Shown here piece after piece: positions 10,228 through 21,099 of a DNA stretch of 64,000 nt. The notes under the pieces are model-generated. The model had not been told where the DNA came from. It was given only the letters and a program-made list of their open reading frames with translations, and ran no database searches. The stretch comes from Corallochytrium limacisporum Hawaii (lineage: Eukaryota > Protista > Pluriformea): NCBI GenBank assembly GCA_002811645.1, contig PDIP01000086.1, forward strand, positions 42,133 to 106,132. Reading direction: 5' to 3'. The position numbers and the translations under genes are program-made. Numbering within the stretch: position 1 is the stretch's first letter; the number at the start of each line of letters is the position of its first letter.

Positions 10228-10559
10228 AGGTGTTTTGCGTGCGGTTGCTATGGACATTGTGCGCACGAGGAAGTTTCGACACCCGCTTCCTATACATATT
10301 CTATGACAATTTGTTACTGGATCAGCAATATTCTCAAACGTGAGATCCATTTGGGGAATGGGGTTGGCAAGGGCCCCGCCCCCAGAAAGGGGTATTACAC
10401 GGCGCTGATATCTGCGTCACTGCTTGTACTACAGAATTCAGTCGGGGTTGATAGATTTTGTCTAATCTCCTTCACTGTTGCTGTAGTTCACTCCCATGGC
10501 TTTGAGCAACTTAGGTGTTTGTGGTCAATCTTTGGCAAGTGTTCGCTGGAAAAGCTGCA

Positions 10560-11470
10560 CCAAGTTGCATTAGATGCATTCACATTTTGGAATGCCTAAA
10601 CTTGTGCGCTGCATAGTTTATGGCTGCTTTCATGTATCGGAATACACGCGGTAGTGAGGCTTCCCATAACCCAGCCATCATTGGAGAGTGATACAATGCT
10701 TTCCACTAGGGCATACCATTCATGTTTAGCACAAGTAGCTTTGTAATCGCTTCCGGCGTCATGGTCTCAGACTGTCTGTTGTAAAGGAAGACAGAGGACA
10801 AATGAATGTCATTCACTTCCCAATCACATTCCACTGCGGTGACCTCAATCGGTCAAGTGCTTTTTCTCGATCCCTTGTTGCTGGTTCATCGCTACTCTGT
10901 TCACAATGCTCTATATCTCAGCAGGTACCTATATTTGGCATCAAAGCAGATCAGCGCAACATCGACCCACCCTGATCATCATTCATTCCTGCACTTACTG
11001 TTGCTCTGAACACCACAAACGGAACAGCAGAGATATATGACTAACTGACTGCGTGCAAGTGATGGGCAGAAAGCTGTTAGTATGCGGTTTGCTGTTCCTG
11101 TATATGTTCTCTCACACTGATAGTTTACCAAGGGCCCGAAACTGAAGAAAGTGTCTCTAGAGAGGGCCGAGGGACCAAGAAGAACAATGGAGAAGAAGAG
11201 TTGGAAGGGGAAATGGGAGTTTGAACAGAGGCAGCTCGCCTGCGGAACAGATCACCTGCATACACTCTCTCATTCTATCGTGTTTGTTCTTTGATCGAGC
11301 AGTAATTTTCAAGTGAGCACCAAATACCATCCAATTATCAGCACACAGGATCAAGAGCCTATTTCAAGAATGGTGTATGCTATGAATCGGTCATATGCCT
11401 CCACTGGTAGGACTAAGTCGAGCATATCGAATGCGATAAGGAAAGCATACAAAGCAGGCGAAATGAATCG
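10560..11470 (-). pseudogene. Possible heavily decayed gene of unknown family (hydrophobic N-part)
   Basis: Protein-like stretches broken by stops: FISPALYAFLIAFDMLDLVLPVEAYDRFIAYTILEIGS*SCVLIIGWYLVLT* and VTAVECDWEVNDIHLSSVFLYNRQSETMTPEAITKLLVLNMNGMP*WKALYHSPMMAGLWEASLPRVFRYMKAAINY. No family recognised. Confidence 0.25.
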
Positions 11471-11879
11471 GTTAGTTCGTTATACATATGATTAAATCAT
11501 GCTTACTGAGTGGTCAGCCGCGAGGGGTGTTGTCACCCCTCACAGTTCTGTGATTCCGCGAATGGAACCGTAGACGGGGAAGCTCGGAGAATGACATGAT
11601 CTTCAGTGACGAGTTGTGCCACCATGTTCAAAACTGTGGTCAGATTGATTATAATGAACGTTTAAACACGGTTCAGTGCTTCGTTGAGGATTGGACGTAT
11701 TCAAATTAAGCACAATGCATTGATCAGTTAGTGGCTTTGTGTGACTTGAACACTCTAAGTACCTGAGATCCAGATCAGGACTCATGCTGCACCGTGACAC
11801 TCGATACGGGCTCAGTACACAGCCAAGTTGGAGAGTCAAGAACAGCAATAGCAACGCTGTCGTAGGATGTGTCCGAAGC

Positions 11880-12985
11880 ATAGTTCACATGCAACCGATA
11901 TTCGCCCCACAGGTTTCGGCAAGTCGGAGGAGGTGGCAGAGGCATAAGGCGGGCTTGCACGATACATACACGGCATGGTGCGTGTGCATAGCGTGGACGA
12001 AGGTGGCCAGCATTTCTGTCCGACAATGATTGCCGGCAGACAATGTTCCACAGTCCAGAAGAGGCATGGTGGATTGCAGGCGATGATGGCCCACACAGTC
12101 GCAGATTGACCCATCAATGCTCTTGTGTTTGCCAAGGGCCGTTGACGTTTTGTTCCTGGGAGTTCATTCAGGTTCACGAAGTCTACGCGCCACAGCCCTT
12201 GCACACTCTCCCAGCATATTAGTCGCATTGAGAGCCTGAACCTCTACTGCACCAAGTTGAACGAAAAACCGGAAGGTATACGTCATGCTAATCTCCGGTT
12301 CCCGTGGCAAGAGCACGCGCATGTGGCACCTAGATGAACTGAACGCCGAATTCATTTGCAACCGTAACCACAGGGTGCCGTCACGGGTGTATGGTGTCAT
12401 GTTTTGTTCATTATCAATGTAATTGATCACAAGGCGCTGATCCTTTGGAACATGGATCCTAATCGGTGCAACAGCATAAGAGACATGGTGAAAGAAACGA
12501 AGCAGCACCGGCGGCGGCCACCCGCCGCTGCCGCCCATAGGATGGTCGGCACCAGCAGTTTCTAGGCTGCTTCATCGTCCACATTCCACAAAAACTTAAC
12601 TGGGCACGAATCCCACTGACGGAACCATGGACAGCAGAAGGAAGGCTAGTATCGATGTAGCAGACGACCTACCAGCACAGGAGCCTCAGGTGGGCTGTGG
12701 CCGGACATCGCCGCTATTTCTTTATTCGCGGACAATACGCAGTGAATGGCCCCAGTACTGCGATGGAGGATGAGCGTCAGGGGAAGGAATACTGAACTAG
12801 AGAATGCGCCGCGCCGCAAGCAGCTGTTGCCACAACCGCCTGCTAGTAAATCGGTCGCTGAAAGTAACGTAATTTTTGGAGCCGAGGACCAAGCACAGCA
12901 CACTGAGGCAACGAATGAAACGAATGTAGAAAAGGACGTAGTTTTGCAACCAAGTTTAGATGTGAAGATCTGCTACACTTGCTAA
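11880..12985 (+). pseudogene. Decayed WD40-repeat gene
   Basis: Across frameshifts: LSQHISRIESL / MLISGSRGKSTRMWHL (12285-12332) / QGAVTGVWCHVLFIINVIDHKALILWNM (12371-12454), matching consecutive WD40 repeats. Boundaries approximate. Confidence 0.55.
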
Positions 12986-13225
12986 CCCCAAGAAGTGCTT
13001 TTCCTCTCCGCCCCCCCCCCCACACACCCACCGGGAGGGTGGTTGGTTGTCTCTCGCCTAATTGACGTGGCGAGCAGAACTCTCCACGTAAAGTCAGAAC
13101 CGAAAAAGAGTACGCAACCGGGTGCCAGACGAGCACCGATGGATTTTCGCCAGGGACCATAAGTTCCCTGTGTTCCCCCGAGTATTGTCCTGAAATCAGC
13201 AGAGACTTCCCTCCGGAGAAGACAA

Positions 13226-13250
13226 CCCCTCCCCCCCCGGGGGGGGGGGG
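13226..13250. repeat. C8-G12 homopolymer palindrome upstream of SLC33A1
   Basis: cccct cccccccc gggggggggggg seen directly; a further C11 run lies at 13011-13021. Confidence 0.8.
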
Positions 13251-13783
13251 CGTGGAAAGCCCTTCTAGTCGTAAACTGCTATGACAGCCAACAGAGAGCA
13301 GCAGATCCGTTCACTAACGACGGGCGCAAATCGGAACGGATAGGCACGGACGAGACAAACGGGAGGACCTTCTGACACAGTGGTCCCAGGATTTTGAAAT
13401 GGTCCCAGTCATTTACCACACCATACTGTTACACAGGGCCCCCAACCTCAGGCCACTCGGGTCGAAAGCACAAGAGGAACAACAAACTAAACTTTCTACC
13501 GCAGGCGAACCATGGAGAAGATGCAGTGTGTGCTTCGGAAGGCTACTTTACGACTTCGATTGGGCTCTTGGCACACTGCTTCTGGATTAATAAGAGTACA
13601 ACACTGCTGAATGTTGTCTAAGGAGTGACGAATTTCTTGTTCTAAATCACACAATCCCATACCTCCACCTTGACAGGATGGTAAACAAACCTAGAAAATA
13701 AGAGAAACGCTGATTTTTCACACTTGAACGCTAATTCCCACTAGTCGGCAAAATTCATATTGGATTCGTACGTGGCATTAGAA

Positions 13784-15499
13784 ATGGGTCAAAGCACCCG
13801 GGCCCGTGGCATCGGGGAGGCGTTCGAAATGGCTCCCCGCGACAGTACCCGAGGCAATGGTGGTAGTGGGAGCACTCGGGTACTGCGCAGTGGAAAGGTC
13901 GTGGTGACGGACCAGGAAGACGAATCTATGGCCTTTATTTCCGACCAATATAAAGCCGACGATGGTTCGGGACGACGACGCGCTGGCATCCGGAGAACTG
14001 AAGACAGTGACAGTGACGTTGATATGCCACAGACGGGCAGCGGCAGCAATGGATATCAGCTGCTCAATGGCACTAACGATCACTTGGACATGGATCATCG
14101 GCACCATCCAATATTACAAGGAGATCGACTGAACTTTACGTTCCTGGTGATGCTCTATATGATGCAAGGAATCCCCCTCGGACTTACCATGGGATCAATT
14201 CCCTTTTTGCTGAAGAAAATCTTCGACTTTCACGACCTCGCTATTTTCTCTTTTGCTGCGTATCCTTACAGTCTAAAGATCTTGTGGAGCCCTCTGGTCG
14301 ATACCAAATATTTTACACGCATCGGAAGACGGAAGAGTTGGATTGTACCAGTGCAACTGGTCCTTGGCGTGCTGTTCTTGCTCCTGAGTCTCAAGATTGA
14401 GGACTGGGTGTTTGGAGAAAAGCCGGACCTACATAGTTTCACTTTCATTTTCTTTGTTCTCGTGACCTGTGCGGCAACCCAGGACATTGCTGTTGATGGG
14501 TGGGCGGTGACATTGCTGAAGCCGGAGAACAACTCATTTGCCTCTACGGCACAGACCTTGGGCCTGGGAGTGGGCTTTGCTATCAGTCATACTTTGTTCC
14601 TGGCCTTCAATGATCTCGACATGAGCAACGAATACGTGCGCAAGTACGCTGGCCTGCCATCACAGGACTATCCTATAGTCGGTCTAAGCGAATTCTTGCA
14701 GTTCTGGGGGTTCGCGTTCTTTGCTGCCACTGTAGTGGTCATTTTCATGCCCGAAGTGGTTCACCACGAGACAGTTGATGACTTGGGCATCAAGGGAGCG
14801 TTCCGAGATATTTGGAGTGTTTTACAGCTGCATGAAATGAAGGTGCTCCTTGCTCTCTTGCTTATCCACAAATTCGCCTTTGCGGCTAGTGACAATGTCG
14901 CGCCTTTGGTGCTTATGGACAAAAGTTTCCACCAAAGTGACCTGGCGCTGATCGCGGTGCTTGATTTCCCGGTACAATTCGGGCTGAGCTTTTACATTGC
15001 GGCCCTGAGTCGTGGTCGGCGACCCTTGCAGCCGTGGTATCATGCTCAGTGGATACGCCTGGCCCTTGGATTGGCCGCTATGGGAGTCATTGCGATTTTT
15101 CCAGTGTCGGAAACGGAGGCTGCGGGTAAGGTCCCAATGTGGTATTTTGTGGCAGTCGTTGTGGTCGGTATGGCTTCGTCCGCATCGTCGAGCGCTATGT
15201 TCATCTGCCAAGGTGCTTTCTTTACGCGCATTGCTGACCCAAAGATCGGTGGAACCTATCTGACATTGCTGAATACGTTTAGCAACTTCGGTGGCACATG
15301 GCCTCGAAGTGTTATTTTGTATGTTATGGACTTGGTCAGCAACGCGGAGGGTGGCGATAGTACAGCAGGCTACTACATAACTGCGTCTTTCTGTGTAATA
15401 ATGGGCACACTGGTCATGTACTTTCTAGTGAGACCGAAGACTAAACTGCTGGAGGAACTTCCGAAGGAGTGCTGGCGAGTGCAAAAGAGAGCTGCATGA
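13784..15499 (+). CDS. SLC33A1: ER acetyl-CoA transporter (MFS, AT-1 family)
   Basis: LYMMQGIPLGL, YPYSLKILWSPLVD, GRRKSWIVPVQ, AATQDIAVDGWA, DPKIGGTYLTLLNTFSNFGGTWP. First ATG at 13784 (13829 is an alternative). Confidence 0.93.
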   Translation: MGQSTRARGIGEAFEMAPRDSTRGNGGSGSTRVLRSGKVVVTDQEDESMAFISDQYKADDGSGRRRAGIRRTEDSDSDVDMPQTGSGSNGYQLLNGTNDHLDMDHRHHPILQGDRLNFTFLVMLYMMQGIPLGLTMGSIPFLLKKIFDFHDLAIFSFAAYPYSLKILWSPLVDTKYFTRIGRRKSWIVPVQLVLGVLFLLLSLKIEDWVFGEKPDLHSFTFIFFVLVTCAATQDIAVDGWAVTLLKPENNSFASTAQTLGLGVGFAISHTLFLAFNDLDMSNEYVRKYAGLPSQDYPIVGLSEFLQFWGFAFFAATVVVIFMPEVVHHETVDDLGIKGAFRDIWSVLQLHEMKVLLALLLIHKFAFAASDNVAPLVLMDKSFHQSDLALIAVLDFPVQFGLSFYIAALSRGRRPLQPWYHAQWIRLALGLAAMGVIAIFPVSETEAAGKVPMWYFVAVVVVGMASSASSSAMFICQGAFFTRIADPKIGGTYLTLLNTFSNFGGTWPRSVILYVMDLVSNAEGGDSTAGYYITASFCVIMGTLVMYFLVRPKTKLLEELPKECWRVQKRAA

Positions 15500-15646
15500 A
15501 AGCAAACTGTGTTGAATAATATATCCTGGGGTAAGAACAGATTAAAGAAATCTCGCGATGTCGATGTCCGCAACAATATTATGGTTTCTTTCTTTACTGT
15601 GAACTGATGAAAGCCTGAATCAAAGACCTCCTGCACTTTGGGGTCG

Positions 15647-15967
15647 TTAGGCAACCGCAGCAAGGGTCTCCTGGGCGTCAGAGAATTCCTTAGAGCCCTT
15701 GAGTTCTGCAGCTTGCTGCTCCATGAACTGTCGTAATTGCTGTACCGCGGCATTGAGACGGTGTTTGGTGTCCGGGATCATGTGCTCTGTCTCTGCAAGA
15801 ACCTCTCCGCGTTTCTTGATATCATACTCATTCTTTCCATCTGCTTTCATGGTAGCAATGACGGCTTTTTCAGATTCCAGCTCTTTCTCGTAGCTTTTAA
15901 GCTCCTTCACGAGACGGTTGACCATACCGGTCTTAATCTGCAATTGCTTTTGCACCGTTGGAGCCAT
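15647..15967 (-). CDS. TBCA: Tubulin-specific chaperone A (cofactor A / Rbl2)
   Basis: QLQIKTGMVNRLVKELKSYEKE...YDIKKRGEVLAETEHMIPD; 106 aa. Confidence 0.93.
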   Translation of the reverse strand: MAPTVQKQLQIKTGMVNRLVKELKSYEKELESEKAVIATMKADGKNEYDIKKRGEVLAETEHMIPDTKHRLNAAVQQLRQFMEQQAAELKGSKEFSDAQETLAAVA

Positions 15968-16444
15968 GATAGGTTTCTTCTAATGTTGATATCATGCAAA
16001 GACACTACAGGTTATGACGGATGTACTGTAGTAGTTGTTTGCTTAACCGTGACAAATACCCCGCGACAACCTTTACTGGGTATGTTTGGAACAGATTGTG
16101 TAAGAACACCCCCCGGACTTCCAGTTTACTATATTCGCACACTCCCCCGTCGTCCCTACAGGCGAGCCGAAGAGCATAGCGTCCTCCCGCAACCACGGAA
16201 AGCAAACTCACGCTGAGGCTTCAAGTCAGCTGTGGGCACTACATAGGGGACGGCGGACGCCCTAGCGTAGGTTCTGACGGTGAATGATAAAAGGAAAAAG
16301 AAGGGGGGGATATGTTTAGGGGAGACGATAGTGTACGGCAATGCGCGACTTCTATTTCCTTCTATCGGGGATGCTCATAGCCCTCTAGCAGTTCTGGGCA
16401 TTGTCCAGATTACACGTAACGGCCTTTTACTGCAAGGATCTTTC

Positions 16445-19400
16445 TCAGAACTGTGCGAGAGGCGTTTCACTCACTCTCTGGATCTCAATGTAGTCGTCCT
16501 CACTGCCGTCTGTTTTGTAGAGCACTGCAAGCTGCTTGATGGCATTGTCTTCCATCTGTACAACATCCAAGGATCTACGGCCACGACCAGCCAGAGATTG
16601 ACTAGTAACCTTGAGAGTAGGAGATGCCCATGCGGTCTTCACGGGTCCTCTAGTCACGTTACTTGAATAGCCCCGTAGTCTCAGCTGCTCCTGGGCATGC
16701 ATCTCCTGCTCCTGAATCTCTCGCAAGGAGTATACTTTCTGTGGTGTCGTCTCCACGCTGCTGTCACTGAGACTACTGTGAATGTGTGTACCGGTGACAC
16801 AAGTGATACCTGTCGGAGTCGGACTCGTTTCCGGGGTTGTCCGGTTTGCCGAACCCCAGCCCCGGGGCTTAACAGCCGAAGCAGCTGCCCTGGCCGCTGC
16901 CTCCGCCTGCTCCCTGGCGTCCTGCTCTCTTTCCCGCTGGCTCTTCTTCTTCTCTCTCACCAGTGGACTAATGTCAATCATTTTCGATCGCCTGGGCTCA
17001 ACGTGTGATTCCATGAATTCGCGGGAGATGGGTACTGGCCCGCCCAATGTGGCTGCAGCCATGCTTCCGGGTTTGTTGCTGCTACCTCCGCCCTGCGGAC
17101 TGGCAGTATTGTTGGTGCCCCAGGCATTCTCCATGACGCGCGAGGCCACGCGGTGCGCATCCTCCTGTGCAGAAGGGGCGGCCAGCCGGCGCCATGAGGG
17201 CATGCCTGCGTAGCTGGGTGAGCGCACATCCTTCATTGGCGTAGTCTTCACACTCATGCTGCTTCCGGGGGATATCTGGCGGTGAGATACCTCTTCGTTC
17301 ATCACCTCGCGGAGACTAGTTTTGCGGACGCCGGTGCGGGAACCGGAACCGCCCCATGGAACCGAGGACGGGGTGGATTTGCCTCTGGCGCTACCTGACT
17401 TCACAGGCGTGACCTGTAACGGGTTCTGGTGCGAATCAATTGTGCGGGCCTTAAGTGCTGGAGACGGTGCTCCGCCCCGGTCTGGAGACAGCAGATTTTC
17501 TGTCACCGACTCCAGGCTCGTGCGCGTCTTATGCTTCACGCGGTTTTTGTTCTTGCGACCAGTCGCGGACACAAGATCCCAGTCCTCGCTCGACTTAATG
17601 CTTGGGACAGTACTTCCTCCTCCGATTGACTGTTGCTTCGTTTTCGGAGAACACTGTATGTTGCTTTGGCCCTGGCCCTGGGCGTGGTCTTCGACCGACA
17701 TCAATGAAAACGTGTCCAATGGCGTCGCCATCGCCTGTTTGGCCATCGTTGCAGAAAGTAATGGAGATGCGGATGGAGTCACAGTACGGCTGGACTCCGA
17801 CGACTCGCCTTGGCTAACCAGGCGTGAGGACCGCCGCCGCCGCCGCTTTGGTTCAATTTCATCGAGCACTTCAATAACTTCCGTGTTCACCCCGATACCA
17901 CCGCGCAGAATTTTGTTGCCCGTGTGCCGGTACTCGTAGCTGATGCGATCCAGCAGTTCCATGGGCAACTGCTCTAAAGACCGGTGGCTGAGTAGGTACT
18001 CTAGATTGGCGTATATATAGCGCAAACACTGGTCGATGAGATTTTCGGCCGCAAACACATCGGCGGCATCAATCACAGCGCTCACGTTGCGGACATCAAG
18101 CATCAGTGCAATGTTGAACTCGCACAGGTTCTTCAAGTCCTCGCACATCATCTCGTTGGCAATGGCCATGATGTTGAAGAGCTGTTGCAGATCGTATTCA
18201 CTCAGGTCCAAGCTGTCTGTGTAGAAGAAATCACGCACAATCTCAAACGTCTTACGGTCCGTATGAGTGGGTAAGCCGATGGTAGCACCCTCTGCAGTAT
18301 GGGACTCGCTCCAAGGGCTGCCAAAAAGCATAGCATGCGCGTACTGCGACCGTGCCACGAGGATGCACTTGTGCAGCTGCACCGTATCTTGGTCGCCAAT
18401 GCGCACCTCAATGTCACAGAAATCTTCTAGTCCAACAAGATCAAAGGACAGAGTCGGGTCATCGCGCATACGTCCGTTGACGAGGGAGCTCAGGGCAGGC
18501 AACTGTAGTGCATCCGCAGCCTTCAGCAAGGCTGCGCGGTCCTTTCCCTTCGCGTTGAAGGCCTCATCCTTCAATTGTCCAGTGTAGAGATAGTACAGCA
18601 CCCAATCGGCTACCGACTCTTCCAGCGCCTCAGAAAGATCAATTGGGCTTTCCACGGTGAACGAATACCAACTGTCTTCGCCTTTTTTCTCGGTCAGAAT
18701 CTCCCGGAACCGGCGAGACCGACTGGCCAGAACAAATTTGTGTGCAAAGCGCAGTTCCTTGCCCTCGCCAACCACCAGAGCGATGTCCGTCACCCCGTCG
18801 CCAGGTTCCGCCGTCTCGAGCAGATGAGCCAGATCCTTGCGGACATTCGACTGTGGAATGAGCAGATTGAGGTCCGCATTGCGTCCGGCAATGATTGATC
18901 GAAGGGCACCAAAGCGGCCACCACTGGTGTCTGTGGAGATCTTGAAGACATGGTCAATCATTTCCACTCGCTGCATGGGAACGCGTTTGCGGTAAGCCTT
19001 GAGCACATCACCGAACTTTGCCCAATAGACATGGCCTAGATCGGTAACAAGCATTAATTTGTCGTGACTGGCTGCGATGTCAGTGATGCGCAGGCGCCTA
19101 GGGATTGCCCAGTCGATGCTCTGCATGACCGGTCCTACCCCTTCGATTTCTTTCCAAAACCAGACATCACCAGCCATGTTAAGCACAAACAGTGTGTCAT
19201 TTGGCGCCGCGACCAGGCGAGACACAGTGAACTTCTCTCTGCGACTGATCTTGATTTCCTGTGGAAAGCGACTAAACGGCAGACTGAGTTTGAAACAGTT
19301 GTAGTTACGCATAATCACAACGTCCAAGTTCTCTGTCATCAGTGCCGACATGTCCTCAGAAGCGGTGGCAGCCACAATGGAGGGGTACTTCATGTGCATG

Positions 19401-20458
19401 TAGCTTACAATCCTGGGCTGGGTAATCCTATCATCTCCTCTCGCGTGGCCCAGCTGTCCCTTATTGCTACCGAATGAGTACACCTCGTTGCATGTGAAGC
19501 AAATTGTGTGAATGTTACTAACAGCCAGACCAATGACCTGCTTGCCTTTCAGAGACTTGACAGCCTGGGGCATCAGAATCTTCTGTTCTTGAGTTGGTGG
19601 GATACCTAACTGCGCCTCGCTATTCAGACCAAAGACAAACAGCCGACCAGACGAGTTCACCACCGCACTGTGGGATTTGGAGGCTGCAACGGCCACGACC
19701 TTCATGCCCGACAGAGACTTGATCAATGTGGGTTCAAGATAAGCCCGCTCGTCTCCATGACCCAGGCGCCCACCTCGTCCAAAGCCGCAACTCAACACTT
19801 GGCCACCTTCAGTCAGGAAGAGAGTGTGGTACTTTGCCACGACAATGTCATTTATGCGGGTCTGTGTACCTTTCAAAGCTGTGATCATTTCCGGGTAGGC
19901 ATGACCGTCCGCCTCTGCGTGACCTAAATTGAAATTGCTGTTTAGACCCCAGCTGAATGCATTTCCTGGAGCCTTAAGTTGCAGACCGTCCGCTTTGTGA
20001 TCCAGCGCAATGAGATCCAAAGACGCGTATCCTTCCCGGTCCGTTGCATACATTGGACACTTACTGGCAATCAGATTGACAGCTGACCTAATGGACGCAT
20101 GGTATACTGCACGATGCAACGGAGTCCAGCCATTCTCTGTGTCCTTCTCGTGTCCACCCATTCCATTCTCCACCAGCCATTCAACCAGGTGAGGCTGATC
20201 GCAGCTCGCTGCGACGTGCAAGGCAGTCAATCCCCTGTTGTCTACTGCCTTGAGACCTACTCGTTGCTTTTCTTTAACCTTTTGTGAAATTTTTGACATG
20301 GATTGTACATTGGTGAGCACTTCCTTGCCAACTGCATGGTTGACATGCGATACAATCTTCTCAATCACGTCCAGGCGGCCATGGACTGCTGCTGCGACTA
20401 TGTCGCTGGTCAATTCGTCCTGCTGCCACCTTGTGATCCTTTCAAGTGCGTGTGCCAT
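16445..20458 (-). CDS. IBTK: Inhibitor of Bruton tyrosine kinase homologue (ANK - RCC1 - BTB x2 - BACK; CUL3 adaptor)
   Basis: ENGWTPLHRAVYH ankyrin; RCC1 repeats (SWGLNSNFNLGH, SCGFGRGGRLGHG); BTBs (AHKFVLASRS, LHKCILVARSQY); conserved tail SLREIQEQE and LDVVQMEDNAIKQLAVLY. Confidence 0.9.
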   Translation of the reverse strand: MAHALERITRWQQDELTSDIVAAAVHGRLDVIEKIVSHVNHAVGKEVLTNVQSMSKISQKVKEKQRVGLKAVDNRGLTALHVAASCDQPHLVEWLVENGMGGHEKDTENGWTPLHRAVYHASIRSAVNLIASKCPMYATDREGYASLDLIALDHKADGLQLKAPGNAFSWGLNSNFNLGHAEADGHAYPEMITALKGTQTRINDIVVAKYHTLFLTEGGQVLSCGFGRGGRLGHGDERAYLEPTLIKSLSGMKVVAVAASKSHSAVVNSSGRLFVFGLNSEAQLGIPPTQEQKILMPQAVKSLKGKQVIGLAVSNIHTICFTCNEVYSFGSNKGQLGHARGDDRITQPRIVSYMHMKYPSIVAATASEDMSALMTENLDVVIMRNYNCFKLSLPFSRFPQEIKISRREKFTVSRLVAAPNDTLFVLNMAGDVWFWKEIEGVGPVMQSIDWAIPRRLRITDIAASHDKLMLVTDLGHVYWAKFGDVLKAYRKRVPMQRVEMIDHVFKISTDTSGGRFGALRSIIAGRNADLNLLIPQSNVRKDLAHLLETAEPGDGVTDIALVVGEGKELRFAHKFVLASRSRRFREILTEKKGEDSWYSFTVESPIDLSEALEESVADWVLYYLYTGQLKDEAFNAKGKDRAALLKAADALQLPALSSLVNGRMRDDPTLSFDLVGLEDFCDIEVRIGDQDTVQLHKCILVARSQYAHAMLFGSPWSESHTAEGATIGLPTHTDRKTFEIVRDFFYTDSLDLSEYDLQQLFNIMAIANEMMCEDLKNLCEFNIALMLDVRNVSAVIDAADVFAAENLIDQCLRYIYANLEYLLSHRSLEQLPMELLDRISYEYRHTGNKILRGGIGVNTEVIEVLDEIEPKRRRRRSSRLVSQGESSESSRTVTPSASPLLSATMAKQAMATPLDTFSLMSVEDHAQGQGQSNIQCSPKTKQQSIGGGSTVPSIKSSEDWDLVSATGRKNKNRVKHKTRTSLESVTENLLSPDRGGAPSPALKARTIDSHQNPLQVTPVKSGSARGKSTPSSVPWGGSGSRTGVRKTSLREVMNEEVSHRQISPGSSMSVKTTPMKDVRSPSYAGMPSWRRLAAPSAQEDAHRVASRVMENAWGTNNTASPQGGGSSNKPGSMAAATLGGPVPISREFMESHVEPRRSKMIDISPLVREKKKSQREREQDAREQAEAAARAAASAVKPRGWGSANRTTPETSPTPTGITCVTGTHIHSSLSDSSVETTPQKVYSLREIQEQEMHAQEQLRLRGYSSNVTRGPVKTAWASPTLKVTSQSLAGRGRRSLDVVQMEDNAIKQLAVLYKTDGSEDDYIEIQRVSETPLAQF

Positions 20459-21099
20459 TGCAATGGGGCAAGTGACTTCCTGAGCTTGTTAACCAGAGGA
20501 TCAAAAGATCCCAACCCGGAGGTGGCTTTCGTTTTGTTGGGGAAATGTCCACTCCATCATTTCCAAATTGCTCGCGTTCTGTGTGTCCTTGAAGTCTATA
20601 ATGAATACACTAGCTCATCCCACCTGTAGCCACAGCCCCTGCCCTAAGTACCTGCGCGCGGCGTCAGCCAAGGCAGCTCCGACCCTTATCCTTGGTGGCC
20701 TATCACCACCGCCCCGGGAGGATGGGAGATTCGTAGCCACTCGCCTCCAGCATTAAAGCAGCGCCCCCATTCCCCTTCACGGAGTCACACCGTGAGAGGA
20801 CCTCCGGGGATCCACTACTTTTTCCCTCCCTGCCACCCACTTCCCTGTCGGGGGTTTTCCTTCCAGCTGTTCGCCAACGCGTTGCCGGCGGCGAGGGGAC
20901 TGGCCCGCTGCAGTTTCGAGGGGTGTGAGTCAGGGAAGGGAAAAACATGGGTAACTCAGAATACCAATTCTTTGACTATGAAACAGAACAGTTACCGGGT
21001 TTGGTTCCCCTGATGCTAAGACTTCATATGAAGCAACCAGTTTTAAACACTAAGCACGCAAGTAAGACGATGTGTCGTTTTGAGAAGCAGTCCTCTGCA

